Shown one piece after another: positions 30,088 to 45,169 of a stretch of DNA of 64,000 nucleotides. Origin of the DNA: the human T2T-CHM13v2.0 reference genome, Homo sapiens. Location: assembly GCF_009914755.1 (NCBI RefSeq), contig NC_060927.1; one strand, written 5' to 3'. How positions within the stretch are numbered: the stretch's first letter is position 1; every line of letters begins with the position of its first letter. The position numbers were made by a program, and so were the translations under genes. The notes under the pieces are model-generated. The model was not told the origin of the DNA and ran no database searches. It saw only the letters and a list, made by a program, of their open reading frames with translations.

Positions 30088-30942
30088 TTAACTTTTTACA
30101 TTTCTATATTTTACACATTTTCTACAATTTTTTTAAATAAAAGGGCAAATCAAGTTATTAAGAAGTAAGGGGAAAAGAAAGAGAAGAAGGAAAAGAAGAA
30201 GGATAGAAGGGAGGGAGAATTTCTTAGATGTATTTTCTCCTGTCTATTGGTACTTGAACCACTAAATTTCAATGCGTGGTCATGGCACCTCTGGATCTAG
30301 CTCTAGCATCTCTTCCTCCCATCCCTCCACCTACTGCCGCTACTGTGGCTCTGTTCAAGAACTCCACTGGGTCAAAATTTCTCTGTCAAGAGTAAAATGA
30401 AAGGTACACACTCATATTCTCCTAGCGGAAATATAAATTGGAACAACATTTCTGTAAGACAATTTAACAGGATATACCAATAACCTTTAAAATGTTTGTA
30501 TATTTTAGACCAAGTCATGTCATTCTAATAATTTCTCCTGTGAAGAAGAAAGTGAGATTAGTTTTTAAAGCATTCTCATGGATAGTGTTATATGTTAGAG
30601 GAGAAAAAAAATAGAGCAATTTCCAGCAATAATAGACTTTGACTTAAAGCAAGGCCACAAAATGTAATATTATGTGGCCATCACAGATGATGCTTCCAAA
30701 AAATATGTAAAGGCACACAAAAATGCTGGCAATGTCGTGTTAAATATTAAGAGCAGTTACAAAAATTTATGAATAGTATTATCCCAAGTCATGTTTTAGT
30801 TATAAAAGTAAATATTTACGTAGAGAAAAAAGCAACTAGAAGGAAGCATACCAAAGTGGCTGTCTCTGAGTGGTAGAATCATGGAATGCCCTTCTTTTCT
30901 CTCCTTTGTTATTTCTATCTTCTACTATAAAGAAGTATATCT

Positions 30943-31282
30943 GGCCAGGCGCGGTGGCTCACTCCTGTAATCCCAGCACTTTGGGAGGCTGAGGCGGGCA
31001 TATCATCTGAGGTCAGGAGTTCGAGACCACCCTGGCCAACATGGTGAAACCCCAACTCTACTAAAAATACAAAAACTAGCTGGGTGTGGTGGTGGATGCC
31101 TGTAATCCCAGCTATTCAGGAGGCCAAGGCAGGAGAATCGCTTGAACTCGGGAAGCAGAGGTTTCAGTGAGCCAAGATTGTACCATTGCACTCCAGCCTG
31201 GGTGACAGAGCAAGACTCCGTCTCAAAAAAAAAAAAAAAAAAAAGAAAGAAAGAAAGAAAGAAAAAAGGAAAAAAAAAAAAA
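30943..31282 (+). mobile_element. Alu
   Basis: Full dimer with long A-rich tail. Confidence 0.95.
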
Positions 31283-33129
31283 GTATGTCTGCCTTATCAG
31301 CCTTGTCTTTTATGACCACTCCTTCAGTCAGATGGTCTTTTTCCAGAACACCATGTTCTTTCCCACCTCCACGCCTTTGCTTATACTGATCCTGCTACCT
31401 AGAATTCTCATCTCCTTTTTCTCCAAGAGCAAGCTTCGATCTCTCCATCTCTATAAAGGCTTCCCTGTCTGTCTATGTTGATCTTCAGCCATCGCTTTTT
31501 TTTCTGAACTTCTGCTCTTCCTCAGTCAGTGGCATGATATGCCATTTCCCAAGGGCATAAATCATCTCCTTTAATCTTCAAACCTCCCTGGGAGATTTTC
31601 ATTATTATATCCATTTTGTTGGTGAGGATACTGTGTGAATCAGAGAGATTAGGTAACTTGTACAAGACACTGTTTCATTACTCTTTAATTATTTCATGTT
31701 TTTACATGCTTCGTCTCTTCACCAAGATTATAAGCATATTGTTTTCCAGGATCTTATTTTATGCAATACTATCTTACTCATCTGATAAGAATGAATCTTT
31801 ACCATAATTTTATTTTCAAATTGTTTGCTTTAATTATCAAACAGTATTTTATGTTAACCTCTTTTAATCATTTTAACAATAAATTGAGTATTGTGAGCCT
31901 TTTTCTCCAATATGTAGAATCAATATAATTATCAGTTGTGGTACCATGCTGTATCACAATGATACTCTCAAAGACTATTAGGGAATAGGGCAATTTGCCC
32001 TTGTACCAAATGTCTGCTACAGAATCCTAGTATGTCTTACATAAGTATTACCAGTTAGACTCATGTATCTAATTCCTCTCCTCTCCTCCCTCCTACTCTA
32101 AAATGAACAGATGAGCTCATTTTAGCAAGTACAGTATCATGTCTATGCATTTCCAGCTGCATCTGTCTGTTGATAAAAGGAACTTAGTACTGAAACACAA
32201 CTGGACTAACTGTAATTGAAACTGTAATGAAAAATGAGCAATTTAAATAATGGGTCAGATAACAAAAATCTGTTTTACTTCAAGAATCCTTACATAAGAT
32301 TTATATATTGCAAATTTCCTGTTAAATTCTTGCTTGATTGATAGACAATATATTATATGCAATCAGACACATACATATACTACAATTATTGCTACTGAAA
32401 GTCTATTCAGATTCATTTGTTGTAAGATTAGACTTACAGTTTTCCAAGTTTGCCTTATGAAAGGAATTGAAAGAGGCCTTTGGAAATATTCAATATAATA
32501 GTTTGAAATATTCAGATTCCAAGACTTTCCCCTGGAAATTCTGACTCTGTTGATGTGGGTTGGAATCTGAGAATCTATTCTTTTTTAACAAGCATTCTAG
32601 ATGATTCCAAGGTTTTCTCACAAATCTAAATGGGGTTTGTGGGCAAACTACTCTCTCAGTTCCTGCATATCAATGTATTTTTTTTTAATTCTTCATGACA
32701 AAAGAATATCTTAGCTGGGTATAGGACCCTTTCCCTTCTTTCAAAAAATGATGAGAGCTTACTAAGGGTCTGTTCTCAGTGACAGCAGTGAACAAACAAG
32801 TCCTCCATTCTTACAGTGCCCATATTCTAGTGGGAAAAAGAGATACAATAAACAAACACAGGTAAGCAGATAAGTGCTATAACTTATAGGAAATAAAGTG
32901 AATAAGGCAGATAGAGAATGACCCAGAAGAGAGTTGCCATTTTATTAAAATGTAGGGGGTTAGAGAAGGCCTCCTTGATAAGATAATACCTGAACAAAGA
33001 CCTGAGGAAGGGAGGGAGCCATGTGGAGTTGGGCAAAGTGTGTTCTAGGCCAGATGCAAGGCAGGTGTTGTGACTGGCGGGTGTGAGCAAGGGGAGAAGG
33101 ATCAGAGACTGTTCAAAAGGAAAGGAGAT

Positions 33130-33420
33130 GCCAGGTGCGGTGGCTTATACCTGTAATCCCAGCACTTTGGGAGGCTGAGGCAGGTGGATCACAAGGTCTA
33201 GACATCGAGACTGTCCTGCCCAACATGGTAAAACCTCATCTCTACTAAAAATACAAAAATTAGCTGGGCGTGGTGGCGTGCGCCTGTAGTCCCAGCTACT
33301 CAGAAGGCTGAGGCAGGAGAATCACTTGAATCCAGGAGGCGGAGGTTGTAGTGAGCCGAGATTGTGCCATTGCATTCCAGCCTGGGTGACAAGAGCGAAA
33401 CTGTCTCAAAAAAAAGAAAG
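33130..33420 (+). mobile_element. Alu
   Basis: Full dimer. Confidence 0.95.
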
Positions 33421-33590
33421 AAAGAAAGAGAGAGGAAGGAAAAAGGAAGGAAGGAAGGTAGGAAGGAAGGAAGGAGGGAGGGAAGGAGGGAGAGAGGGAA
33501 AGAAGGAAGGAAGGAAGGAAGGAAGGAAGGAAGGAAGGAAGGAAGGAAGGAAGGAAGGAAGGAAGGAAAGGACAGAGAGAGAGAGAAAAG
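33420..33590. repeat. (GGAA)n polypurine microsatellite
   Basis: About 16 uninterrupted GGAA units at 33505-33568. Confidence 0.95.
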
Positions 33591-34959
33591 GAGAGATGGG
33601 AACCTCTAAGGGGTCTTGAGCACGGAAGTGTTGTGATGGGACCATTGTGATCTGAATGTCCAGGTGAGAGATCACGGTGGCTTGAATCCACTATTTGGAG
33701 CAAAGTTTCACTGGTTTCTTGCCTTTTTCTCTCAGATAAATTAGATTACGATGATTTCATCTCAGTTTTCTGTAGAGGCTATATGTCATTGCCTTCCGGC
33801 TTCCATGTTTCAAATGAAAAGAAGAACGACACGCTACCTCTTTTCACTTTTTTAAGTAACTTGTCCTTTCTGTTTGGAGACTTATAAGACTTTCCTGTTT
33901 ATCCTTGAACTAATATTTACAATGAAGCAGACAAAGTCTGTAGGATAGAGTTAAGTTGTCAGATCAAGGTCAGAAAAACACAAAATTGGCGATAAGAAAA
34001 CAATTGGAAGCCCTGAACCTGAGCACATAGACCAAAATGGGCTAAGGGCAAAAATTCAGATTTTGAAGGAAGTTCCTGGGGCCTTTACGTGGCTGTAGGG
34101 CAGCTGCCCTTCCCCAGTCAGCCTCAGCTCAAGCCAGTTAACCTTAGATCCCAGCCCCCAAGCTGCACTAACATCCTACATCTTATGCCTTTACTATCAC
34201 TTTCCTTTGCAAAAAAAAAAACAAAAAAACACGTGGTCAGAGTTATACTTGGGACCATTTCACTGGCCACATATGTTGACAAATTTAAATTCTGTACGTC
34301 TACTTTCATCTCTATTCATAAGCATCTGTTCTAGATACTTACTTAGTACTTAGATAGATCTAAGTATCTATTCACTATATCTGTGGCCCTGAAAGAACTT
34401 GGATATATTTATTCAAATGTATAAGTAGAAATTCTGCTTTATTTAGATGCATTTCTTGATTTTTTATTTCATATTTGGCTAAAAGCTGAGTTCATTCATG
34501 TCTATAAAAAGTCGATCTCATTTTGGATGTAAGCAGGGAAGAGCCTTGAAGAAAGTATTTATGCCTTGTGCTATTTGGTGGGGGGAGGGGTAGAAGGAGC
34601 AGGGAAGCCTGGCTGAATAAAGGGTAAGTGAGAGAAATGAGACAAGGCTCCTCCATCTCCTGTGGAGGGTGAGTTAGAGCACAGACTCAGGAAACTATGT
34701 CAAGAAATGAGCGAGTGTCTAATGGGAGATTGCTGTAGGAAAGCAAATGACTGTAATATCTGATAATGATCCACAGAAAGATAAAAGTGTGATAAGGACA
34801 AATCACTTCTTATTCTATTCTTTATGTCCTTCCCTCCTCTGCCTCCTCAGCTAGTAGAATCTGCCTTGCTCCCACTCCCTCCCTGTCGCCCACAATCTCT
34901 GCATTTTTTTCTCTCATCCATTCTATGAATATCTTCATCTGCTATTTCTGTGGTTTCAG

Positions 34960-35451
34960 ATGAAGAAATACTTCAGTGCATGCCGTGTGCAGCCTAGAAG
35001 TTACATATGCAATTGTAGATGAAGCTAACTGACCAGGCGACACCAGGAGGAGCACGAGGACCAAGAGAACTAAGTGGGCAAGATGCCCAGGCAGTGGACA
35101 GAAAACAGAGAACAACAACATCCAAAGAGCCACCTGGAGAACAGATGGGGACCGGGGACCAGAATGCTCTTCCCAAATCAAATAGAAAACAGGAAGGCTG
35201 TCCAAAGATTTGGGGGGCCAGGAGAGTGAGCAATACAGAAGGGATTGTGACCACCAAGCTCCCTTTCTAGAGAATGTGTCCAAAGCAGGTCCAGGCAGAC
35301 TGGGGGTGGGAGAGGAGAATTCACATTAAATATTTATAGTGTGCACAATGAGTTCTAGTGGGAAATCTCAGAAGATGCCACCATTTCCAACTTTAAAATA
35401 CCCTTCTTCTTCAATGTCTGTATGTGTTTTTAGGAATCCAAATACAATAAA
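34960..35451 (+). pseudogene. Candidate terminal exon
   Basis: Acceptor TTTCTGTGGTTTCAG. The phase-1 frame has two TAG stops, then runs into ORF 35019-35270. ATTAAA at 35325 and AATAAA at 35446. No domain match. Confidence 0.4.
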
Positions 35452-37315
35452 ATATTCATCATGGAGAGTTTTTGATGGTAAAAGAGTATCCCAGGGAATA
35501 TCTTCTGATGTTGTATCGTCACCCTTTGTGGAATTTTCTCCCTCTCACTTCATTCTTTATTGGGTTGGAATTGGGATAAAAGAGTAGAGTGGGTCATAAG
35601 GTCCTGTTCCAAGTAATTAGAGAGTTTTTTCTTTTATCTAAATGTGCCTTGTTAAAGTATATCAGTGTCAGCCAGGTTAATTGGAACTTTAATACATAAT
35701 TGATGCTAATTTATGGCTCTTTTTGTTCCAGGATGCTACTGCAGACCTTAAAGTCAGGATACAGTTTTCTTGTTATTAATTATATACAGAAAGCCATTAT
35801 CCCCTATGAGAAGAGACTCATGTCATCTGTAGCTTATTAAAGATACAGTATGTCAGCCATAGGTCACTTTTACTGCTTATGCCCCCAGTAAACTCCACAT
35901 TACTCCATAATAACATAATACACTAATCACAGTAAATAAAAATTAGAATTTTAAGTTAAAGCTCATAGCATACTGTATATTAAAATGTTAACATACAATG
36001 TTTTAAAAAGTGTTATGTTTCTATGGATTCATTGTATTCCACAGGGCCACAGAAACCTGGAATCATTTTGGAAATCAGTATACCATCTTGAAACCAAAAA
36101 TGTCTCCATAAATATGAAGGCAATAGCAATGCCGTCACTGAGTCTGCCATGAAGTCAGAATGCCAAATGAAGACTATAAAACTTGGATTTGCTTGCAGAG
36201 TTTCCACTGAAATTCGAATTCTTGGTTAGTCACTTTTTTGGAGACAGAGAAAAATGATGTGTTCCAAATCCAATTAAAGATTCTGTGTTCTAATTTTCTT
36301 CTATTGTGAGGAATTCAGTAGATGAAAGTACAGGATCGTGCAAGATTTATAAGCCACATAAGCCCACATGTTGTCCAAATGGACTTAGCCAAAACCTTGA
36401 GCAAGAAATTGAAGGAAAGGGGAAGTCCAGTAGTATGAACTTACTTGATGAATAGCAGTGCTAGATTTACAGATGGATAAAAGATGCTACATTTGCCAAT
36501 GTTGCTTCGTGACTATTCCATTTTGCAGGAGTGAAGAATGGATGACTTTATATAAATTTAGTGCTTCAGAATTTTTCTAATATGTCACCATGTTGATGTT
36601 CAACTTAACATTGCCATGATGTGATCAGATATGACATAACGTGATAAATAGCAGGAGTGTCTCACGATGGAACATGACACAACATGGTGTGTCAAGTTTC
36701 TTTTGAACCTTTCTCGGGATCCAATATCAGCCAAAAGGAGGTCATTTTAATTATCAGATGATTAATTAATTAGATAGTTAATTGTCACAGGTAGATTAAT
36801 CCAAAGACAATGTGGTTCTGTACATGCACGTTTGTAGACAGAGGAAAACGTGACTTTTTAAAACGTACCTAGCTAAATTAAAAGACACTAAAGTTTAAGA
36901 ACGTGACTCATTGTTTATTCAAATAACATTCACAAACGACTAGGATGCCAGATGTTGTGCCAGATGTTGTGTGAAGCATGTTCAGAAGTAGAAAATCATC
37001 CCTGCCCTCAAAGGGCTGATGATCGAGTTGAAAACATAAAGCTTTCTTTAAAACAATCTGGACATCTAGAGAATGTTCAATAATTTTTTTTAAGTTAAAA
37101 ACTAAGGAACAGTTTTAAGGCAACGAATCTTTTTAAATGAACTATTTCCAGTACTTTGCCACTGTTTGCTTTTTAGGGAAAGCTGTCATATTCCAGGAGC
37201 AAGGGTAACTGCAAAGTAATTTTTTTTAATCATAGTAATGAAATCCCAGTTTCAGACATTCTATGAGTTAGATGTAAACCAAAAAAAATTAAAACCCCAT
37301 GAAAAACTTTAATAA

Positions 37316-37848
<533 letters not shown>

Positions 37849-38289
37849 TGAGATTTTGTCCTAGGCATTATAAAACAAAATAAGCATATAGTTAATGTTC
37901 TGCAATCTAAGATGTAAAGTACTTTTCATTATTCTAAACTAATAAAGCAGTTTTTGTTTTATTCCCTCAACTCCACAACATTTGTAATTAGTTCTATTGG
38001 CCTTTCTGGTCCTCTCTTCGTCTGCAAAATGAGAATCTACTCCCCGCTCACAGAGCCCAATGATTGACAACCACTCTAAATCATTTGTGCTGTTTTCTAA
38101 TCATAGTATGTTAAAAATCAAAGATTACAATAGTATTAGGAGGGATTTTAAGATGAGAAAAGAGCTAAAGTGAACTTTAGTTGTGTGAGCTAAAATAGTA
38201 AAAGCTCCCAGGACTTCCTTTTAATATAGTTGAAGCAATTGTAATTCATTGCCTTTTAAGATGCTTTTCACAGCAATATTATTCTTGAT

Positions 38290-39900
38290 CCTTTGCTTTC
38301 CCTTCTGTCTACTGCTAATCCAACAGCAAGTTTCGCATATTCTATCTCCAAAGCATACCTGAATCTATGCGTTCTCTCCATGTCTAGCACCACTTCTCTG
38401 TCCAGGTTTCACTGTTTCTCCCCAGAAGGACTGCAGTGGTCTCTTCAGGTTGGTGTTCCCCAACCCAGACCATCCCCTGCACCTCCATAATAGTGAAGCG
38501 CTTTCAATGCACCTCAGTGGGTCTCACCAAGCCCCCTTATTATCAATAGACAATCTTTCTTATTTCACTGAGAAACTAGAAGCAAATCAAGAAGAACGTT
38601 CACAAAGTTTTGCCACCCCATCTAGACACAAACTTGTGTCCACATTCGTGCATTCTGCCTTCCTTTCCATTACTCTGGATGAATTGTTTGCATTCCTATC
38701 TAAAGGCCACCCTTCCACTTGTCTTCTAGATCCCATTCCTTCTTACCTCCTTGGTGACTTTACTGCAATGATTTTCCCCTCTCCAGCATCACCAGTTTTT
38801 CCTTCTCTAATGGATTATTCCCACCGACAAATAAACCCACTATAATCGCTCACAGTGTACAAAAGAAAATTCTCCCGAGACCTCACTCTCCCACCGCCCA
38901 ATCACTGCTCTGTGAACCTCTCCCTTGAACTTCAGGTCCATGTATTCCCCTCCCCATGAAACACCTCCACATGGATGTCTAAAAAGCACCTCAAAGGTAA
39001 CATGTTCAAACTGAGCTCCCAGCCTTCCCTCAAACCTGCTCTTCATGCAGTCTTCCTCATCTCAGCGAATGGTATGCAGTACTTCCAACTACTCAGTTCA
39101 AAAACCTTGCCTCGTCTCTGTTTCTCATTAGAAAATCCTGTCATTTTACTGCATCTACTTTTGAATGACGTTTCATCAACTGTTCCGCTACCACCCTAGC
39201 CTAACCCACCATCTCCCATCTTCTAAATTACTGCAATAGCCTTCTAGGCAGACCCCTACTACTTCCACTCTTATCTCCCTTCAATCTATTCTCAACACAG
39301 CAGCCAGAATAAGCCTTTTAAACATAAGTTAGATGATGCCTTTCCTCTGCTCTAATCCCTCCAATGACTCCTCATCTCATACAGAGCAAAAGTCAGAGTA
39401 CTTACAATAATAAGTATATTATATATATATACTTATCTTGTAGGGATATATAGACAGATATATCCCAACATGACCTGAGCCCATCACCTCTCTGACTTCA
39501 TTGCCTTCTGTTCCCTCCTTGTGCATCTCACCCCAGCTGTACTGGGCTCCTAGCTTGAACATACCAAGAATGCTTCTGCTTCAGCATTTTTGCCTTTGCT
39601 CTTCCCTCTGCCTGGAAAGCTGATCCCCTAGAGATCCTTGAGAGCCCATTTTCTCTTCTGTTTCAGGTCTGTGCACACATTCACCTTCTCAGTGAGGGCT
39701 TCCCTGATGCCCTAGATGAAACAGCACATCCTTCCACCTCACAAACCAGACACTCTATCTTCCTGTCCTGTTTTCTTTTCCTCCATAACATTGTCTAACA
39801 CACTCTGTTAGCTCCTTGAAAGCAGGGAGATTTTTGTCTTTTTTGTTCACTACTAAATGCTCATGCCTAGAATAATGCCTGGTCTATAGTTGTCACTCAA
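38290..39900 (+). mobile_element. L2 fragments
   Basis: TATTTCACTGAGAAA, TGGATGTCTAAAAAGCACCTCAAA..AACATGTTCAAA and L2 3' end motifs. Confidence 0.75.
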
Positions 39901-39915
39901 AAAATATTGCATGAA

Positions 39916-40200
39916 GGCCAGGCGCGGTGGCTCACGCCTGTAATCCCAGCACTTTGAGAGGCCAAGGCAGGCAGATCGCCTGAGGCCAGGAGTTCAAGAC
40001 CAGCTTGGCCAACATGGTGAAACCCCATCTCTACTAAAAATACAAAAATTAGATGGGCATGGTGGCATGCATCTGCATCCCAGCTACTAGGGAGGCTGAG
40101 GCAGGAGAATTGCTTGAACCCAGGAGCAGAGGTTGCAGTGAACTGAGATCGCTCCACTGCACTCCAGCCTGGGCAAAAGACTCCTCAAAAAAAAAAAAAA
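39916..40200 (+). mobile_element. Alu
   Basis: Full dimer. Confidence 0.95.
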
Positions 40201-43200
40201 TGCATGAACTAATGAAAATTTGTTTCCAAAACTAATGCCTGATGTTGGTAAGGGTGCAGGGCCACATATACTCTTGTATTCTGCTGATTAAAATATAAAT
40301 TTTAACAACTTTCTGGTGGCTAGTTGGGTAATAGGAATCCAAAATCCTAAAAGCATAGATATTATTCAACCAGCAACTTCACTTCCGTAATTGAGCCTAA
40401 GGAAATTATCGTAGATATGTGCCAAAAAGTTTATATAGGGATATTTATTGCAGTACTCCCTGCAGTAATGAAAAAATTGGAAACAATCCTAAATGTCAAA
40501 TAAAAGGGATTTGACAGGATAAACTACAATATGGTACATCTATACAATGAAATTCTATTCAGCTAGTCGTGATATTATAGGACATCATAGAACAATCTGC
40601 AGTGTTAATGATAGATATTAGAGAATAAAATCAAATTTTGTGAGATAACAATATTTGCAGAGAAAACAATTGGCAGTAGAGCACCTTTATTTATCTCTGG
40701 ATTATGGGATTATGTATAATTTTATTTCCTTTTGCATGTCTGTATTTTCTTAATTAGCTATAATGAAAAGGTATCATTACTATAATAAGAAAACATCACT
40801 AATAACAATAGTTAATATTTACTAAGCACTTCCAATATGCTGAATACTCCACCTATACTATCTCATTTAATCCTCAAAGAGACACTATGAGGTAGTACTA
40901 TGATTATCCTCATATTGCAGCTTTGGAAATTGAAGCTTAATGAGCTTGAGAATTTCTCCAAGGTTCACAGTAAAGAGTACCAACTTAGGTCTGTACTCTT
41001 AGCTGCTCTAGGGGTAGGATAGGTATGAAAGGTTCTCTTTTCTTTTGTGATCCAAACAGATACAACCTCAAAGCCAGCCAGAGCAGGGATCACCAATTCC
41101 TAACTGAATTTTCCTGTGACTGCTGCACTTCAATTCTGTTAGCAGCTGCCACAAGCCTCTAACTTCCCCCTTGCCTCCGCTTCCCAAGCAGTGGCTTCCT
41201 CCCTCACCTACAGTCAGCTGCAGCTGAACATCACAAGTGATTACTGTGAACATCTCCATACCTTCTCAAGCACCTCTATAGTTAATGAATTAGGAGACTC
41301 CAGAATTATAACCATATAAATGTAATATGCCAAAAGGCAGAATATTTATAGTGTGTCAACTAAAGAAAGACTTTTTTAAAATTAAGATTTCCAACCTCAC
41401 CAAGTAGAAACTTAGCAAAAAAAAAAAAAAGTGGGGTAAATGGCTTAAGGCCAGGGGCTAACCATTCCTACTGAGGAATGAAGAAAAATTCACAAGATGA
41501 AATGACTAATCTCTTTCCATATAACTACAAAAGGCCTCCAATCTTTCAATTACTATATTAAATATGCAACAATGACTAGTTTCAACACGGAGAAAATAGT
41601 CATTGTAGTAAATGCATGTTAAGAAAACACCACCTCTTCATTATGCAGTTACCTTTTTCCAAGAAGCTGAAATCACCAAAAGAATTTGATTCCATACATT
41701 CAAGGCAAGTGGCAGATACTCAGGGCCAATTCTATACCCAAAAAATTCCGGCATTAATTGGCAGAGGGTTGCCCAACTCAGTACAAGTTTTGATTGAGCC
41801 ATTATATTGCTAACACTGTTAAAGCCTCCAAGAGTAATAAAACAAAAAAGAAAGAAGGAAGATGAAGAAGAGGAAGAAGAGAAAACAGAATGTTTCTGTC
41901 CTAAAGGTGCTTGTGATCTGCTACCTAGGGGCCCCCTCAGAACATTGGCTTGAAAATGATCAAATGCCACAATCTAAGTTGGTCTCTCTGCCCCACTCCT
42001 CACTACACTCTGTCCATCTGCCACACAGCAATCTGAGTAATTGCTTAAAAACATAAACCAGAACTTGCCACTGTGTCACTGTGGAGTTTAAAACCTCATG
42101 ACTCCCCATTTTACTTGGTGGGTGGGTGGGGGTCGGAGGACATACTCCTTGCCAAGGTACCACAAAGGCTTAGCTGCCCTGGGCCCTGCTGACTTCCGAG
42201 ACCCCCATCTCCCCAACACATCTCCACTCTCACTAGCATCTAGACACACTGGCCTTTGCCTAGTCCTCCATCAGCCAAGCTGTCACCTAACTTAGGGCCT
42301 GGGGACTGCAGTCTCTCTCCTGACCCAGCTGGTTGCTTTTTTCAGTAAGATCCCAGCGCCTGTGTAACCCACTGAGAAAGGCCTTCCCTACCCAGCACCA
42401 ATCAGCCTCCCAGCCCAGCTTCACACACTCCAGCATCTCACCTGACATTTTTCTTCACAGCCCTTTTCACCATCTGCAATGGTCAGATTTACATGTGTTG
42501 TTATTTAGTGTCTGTCTCCTCCTACTAGAAAGTCAACTCCATGAAAGCACAAACCATGTCTGTCTTGTCCACTACACACGCTTGGCTTCAATAAGTATTT
42601 ATGGAATGAATCCATGAATGAAAAGTAGGCAGAAAGAAGCATGTCAGTGTTGACTGGAGTTATCCAAGAAAACTCCAGGAACTCAATGGGCCTTGAAGGA
42701 TAAATAGTAGTAAACTAAAAAGAACCTGATTGAGCTAAGAGCTCTCCTCTTTTTTCTCACTGATATTCCTGGCCTCCTTCAGCATCTTCAAAAGGCAAAC
42801 GAATAACTCCAAAAGCAATTGCTAAATGCTTATTGAATGGAATAAGTTAATTGTGAAACAATTCCAAGTGACGTATATCATTCTCAGTTGAAGTTATAAG
42901 TTTGGGGTTCACTGAGGCTGTTTTTGGTCTAGTCACAAAAGCAACGGTGTCCCAGTTAGAGACTGCCCTATGTCTAGAGTAAAACCAGAAATGAAGCAGA
43001 GCCACAAGAAACCCAAAGAGGTCTTGATGTAAGCAAAAAAGTCTACTTCAAGCAAGCTTCTTTCCCACCACTAGGCCTCAAGCCTAACCTAACAAAAAGT
43101 ACACGGAAAGTGAAATCCTGTTTGCTTTTGTGACTTAAATCCTGTAGCATTGCCTTAGTTTTTAACTTCTGTACCATGCTTTTATTTCTGGTAATATTTA

Positions 43201-43249
43201 TCTTTTTAAAAATAAATCTAAGGCATAATCTCTCTCTCCATTAGATACC

Positions 43250-43635
43250 TGTTATGGACTGAATTGCATGCCCCCAAAATGAATATGTTGAAGTTCCAAC
43301 CTCAGTACCTCCAAATCTCACAATATATGGAGATAAAGTCTTTAAAGAGGTCATTAGGTTAAAATCAGATGTTTAAAGGGTCCTTACCCAATATGACTTG
43401 GGTCCTCATAAAAAGAAGAAATTTCAACAAAACATGCATGAACAGAGAACAGGCCATCTGAGGACACAGCAAGAAGTTCATCTGCAAGCCAAGCAGAGAG
43501 GCCTCAGAATAGACCAAACCTACTGACACCTTCAACTTGGACTTCTAGCCCTCAGAACTGTGAGAAAATACGTTCGTATTGTTTAAGCCATCTTGTCTGC
43601 AGTGTTTTGTTATGGCAGCCCTGACAAACCAATAG
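43250..43635 (+). mobile_element. MLT1 solo LTR
   Basis: TGTTATGGACTGAATTG..TTGTTATGGCAGCC. Confidence 0.85.
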
Positions 43636-45169
43636 AATATCCATACTCATAAAGTTTTTCATTGTTGCTGTGTCAAATAATTATACCCATTTCCAACTCA
43701 TGGTCCCCAAAACTTGTCACTTCAACCAAAACCAGGTGAGATATAAAAGGGAATTACACATTCAGTTGGAAGGAGATACATACAGAAAACCCCTTAAAAA
43801 CCGGGATCTTTTTTCTATTCATATCTTTCATAATAGTGAATCAGAAAAAGGTAAATTAAAGGTTGTTTGGGAAATTGACAGATCTTTCTTTGGTATGATA
43901 CCAGGCTCAAGATCCTGTGCTTGTCAGACTAAGACTAAGATTGTACTACCTTTTTACTCCATGTGTTATATCCTGAAAAAAATTCCAAGTCCAGGGAAAA
44001 ACTTGATAAATAGAAGAATGAAAATGTGCTGTCCAAAATATGTAAAAATACCACAAAACAGATTGTAGAGTATTGTCTATAGCCATTTAACTTGCATGTG
44101 TGATAAAGAGTATCATCCAAATATAACCTTATGAAATTTTTTTTAACTTCTAGAAGTCAAAAAGTACCCAAACACACACACATACACACAAACTTATGCT
44201 TTGTAGACGGGAGGGAGGTTTGCCATATGTGCGACAAACCGAAGGTTAAATCCTTATTACCTAAAACACAGCTTATAAATTCATAAGAAAAAGATAACTT
44301 ATCATAATAAATGAATAATATTAAGCAATTCACAAAACAAGAAATTCAAATGTTCTACTAACTTTTTATTCTTTTATTCATTCAATCAATATCTATTGGG
44401 CATTTGGTATGTGCTCAGCATAATACAAGACACCAGGTACATGGTGATGAGCAAAAACTGGCCCTTCTCTGTAATTATTCGCAATATAATATTAAACCCA
44501 ACTTACAATAAAAGAAATTCAAAATAAAATGGTGCCAGGGAATAATCAGACAAGTGTAGAATTGCATACAAAAATATTAATTGAGCTATTATAATAAGGA
44601 AAACTTGAAACTACCTTAATGTTTATTAATTCACTGTAAGTTAAATAAATGGATATAGACACTAAATTTGTCCCTAAAAATATGTAATGTCATTGGACAA
44701 TTCCCACTGCAAAATATGATGGAAAAAAGCATGTGATACTGATGTTTAGATATATGCAAATTTCATATTTTCTACAGTAAAAGTATTATTCTAATAATTA
44801 AGGAAAACGCTTTTTAAACAACCAACATGAATGCTTTTGACAGGGATGCCATCGTGTAAGTTAATTGCCAAATAAACTAAATAAACTTTTTTTTTTACTA
44901 TTATTCTTCAGTTGACAAATAAAAACTGTATAATTTACATTGTATGACATAATGTTTTGAAATATACATAAATATGCTTTCTTGGATGCTCACAATTTGG
45001 GTACACTTTGGAGCATACTGGAAAATGCTCCTAACGTTGGAAGCAACACAGTCCCCTTACTTGAGCGATAAAATGTTACTTTGTTCCTTAAATTAAAGAA
45101 AGGTTCGAAGTTTAGTTTGACATTCACCTCTGCCTTTATAAAACAAACACAGCCTATAAAATAACTTAA

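Noticed and set aside
33296-33703. ORFs with KEGR/FLPS repeats
   Set aside because: Translations of an Alu plus the GGAA microsatellite.
33775-33915. Possible PH exon (AICHC..EKKND)
   Set aside because: Reads better as an antisense old L1 fragment.
43670-44068. 132-aa plus-strand ORF
   Set aside because: Non-ATG start, no domain and no splice context.
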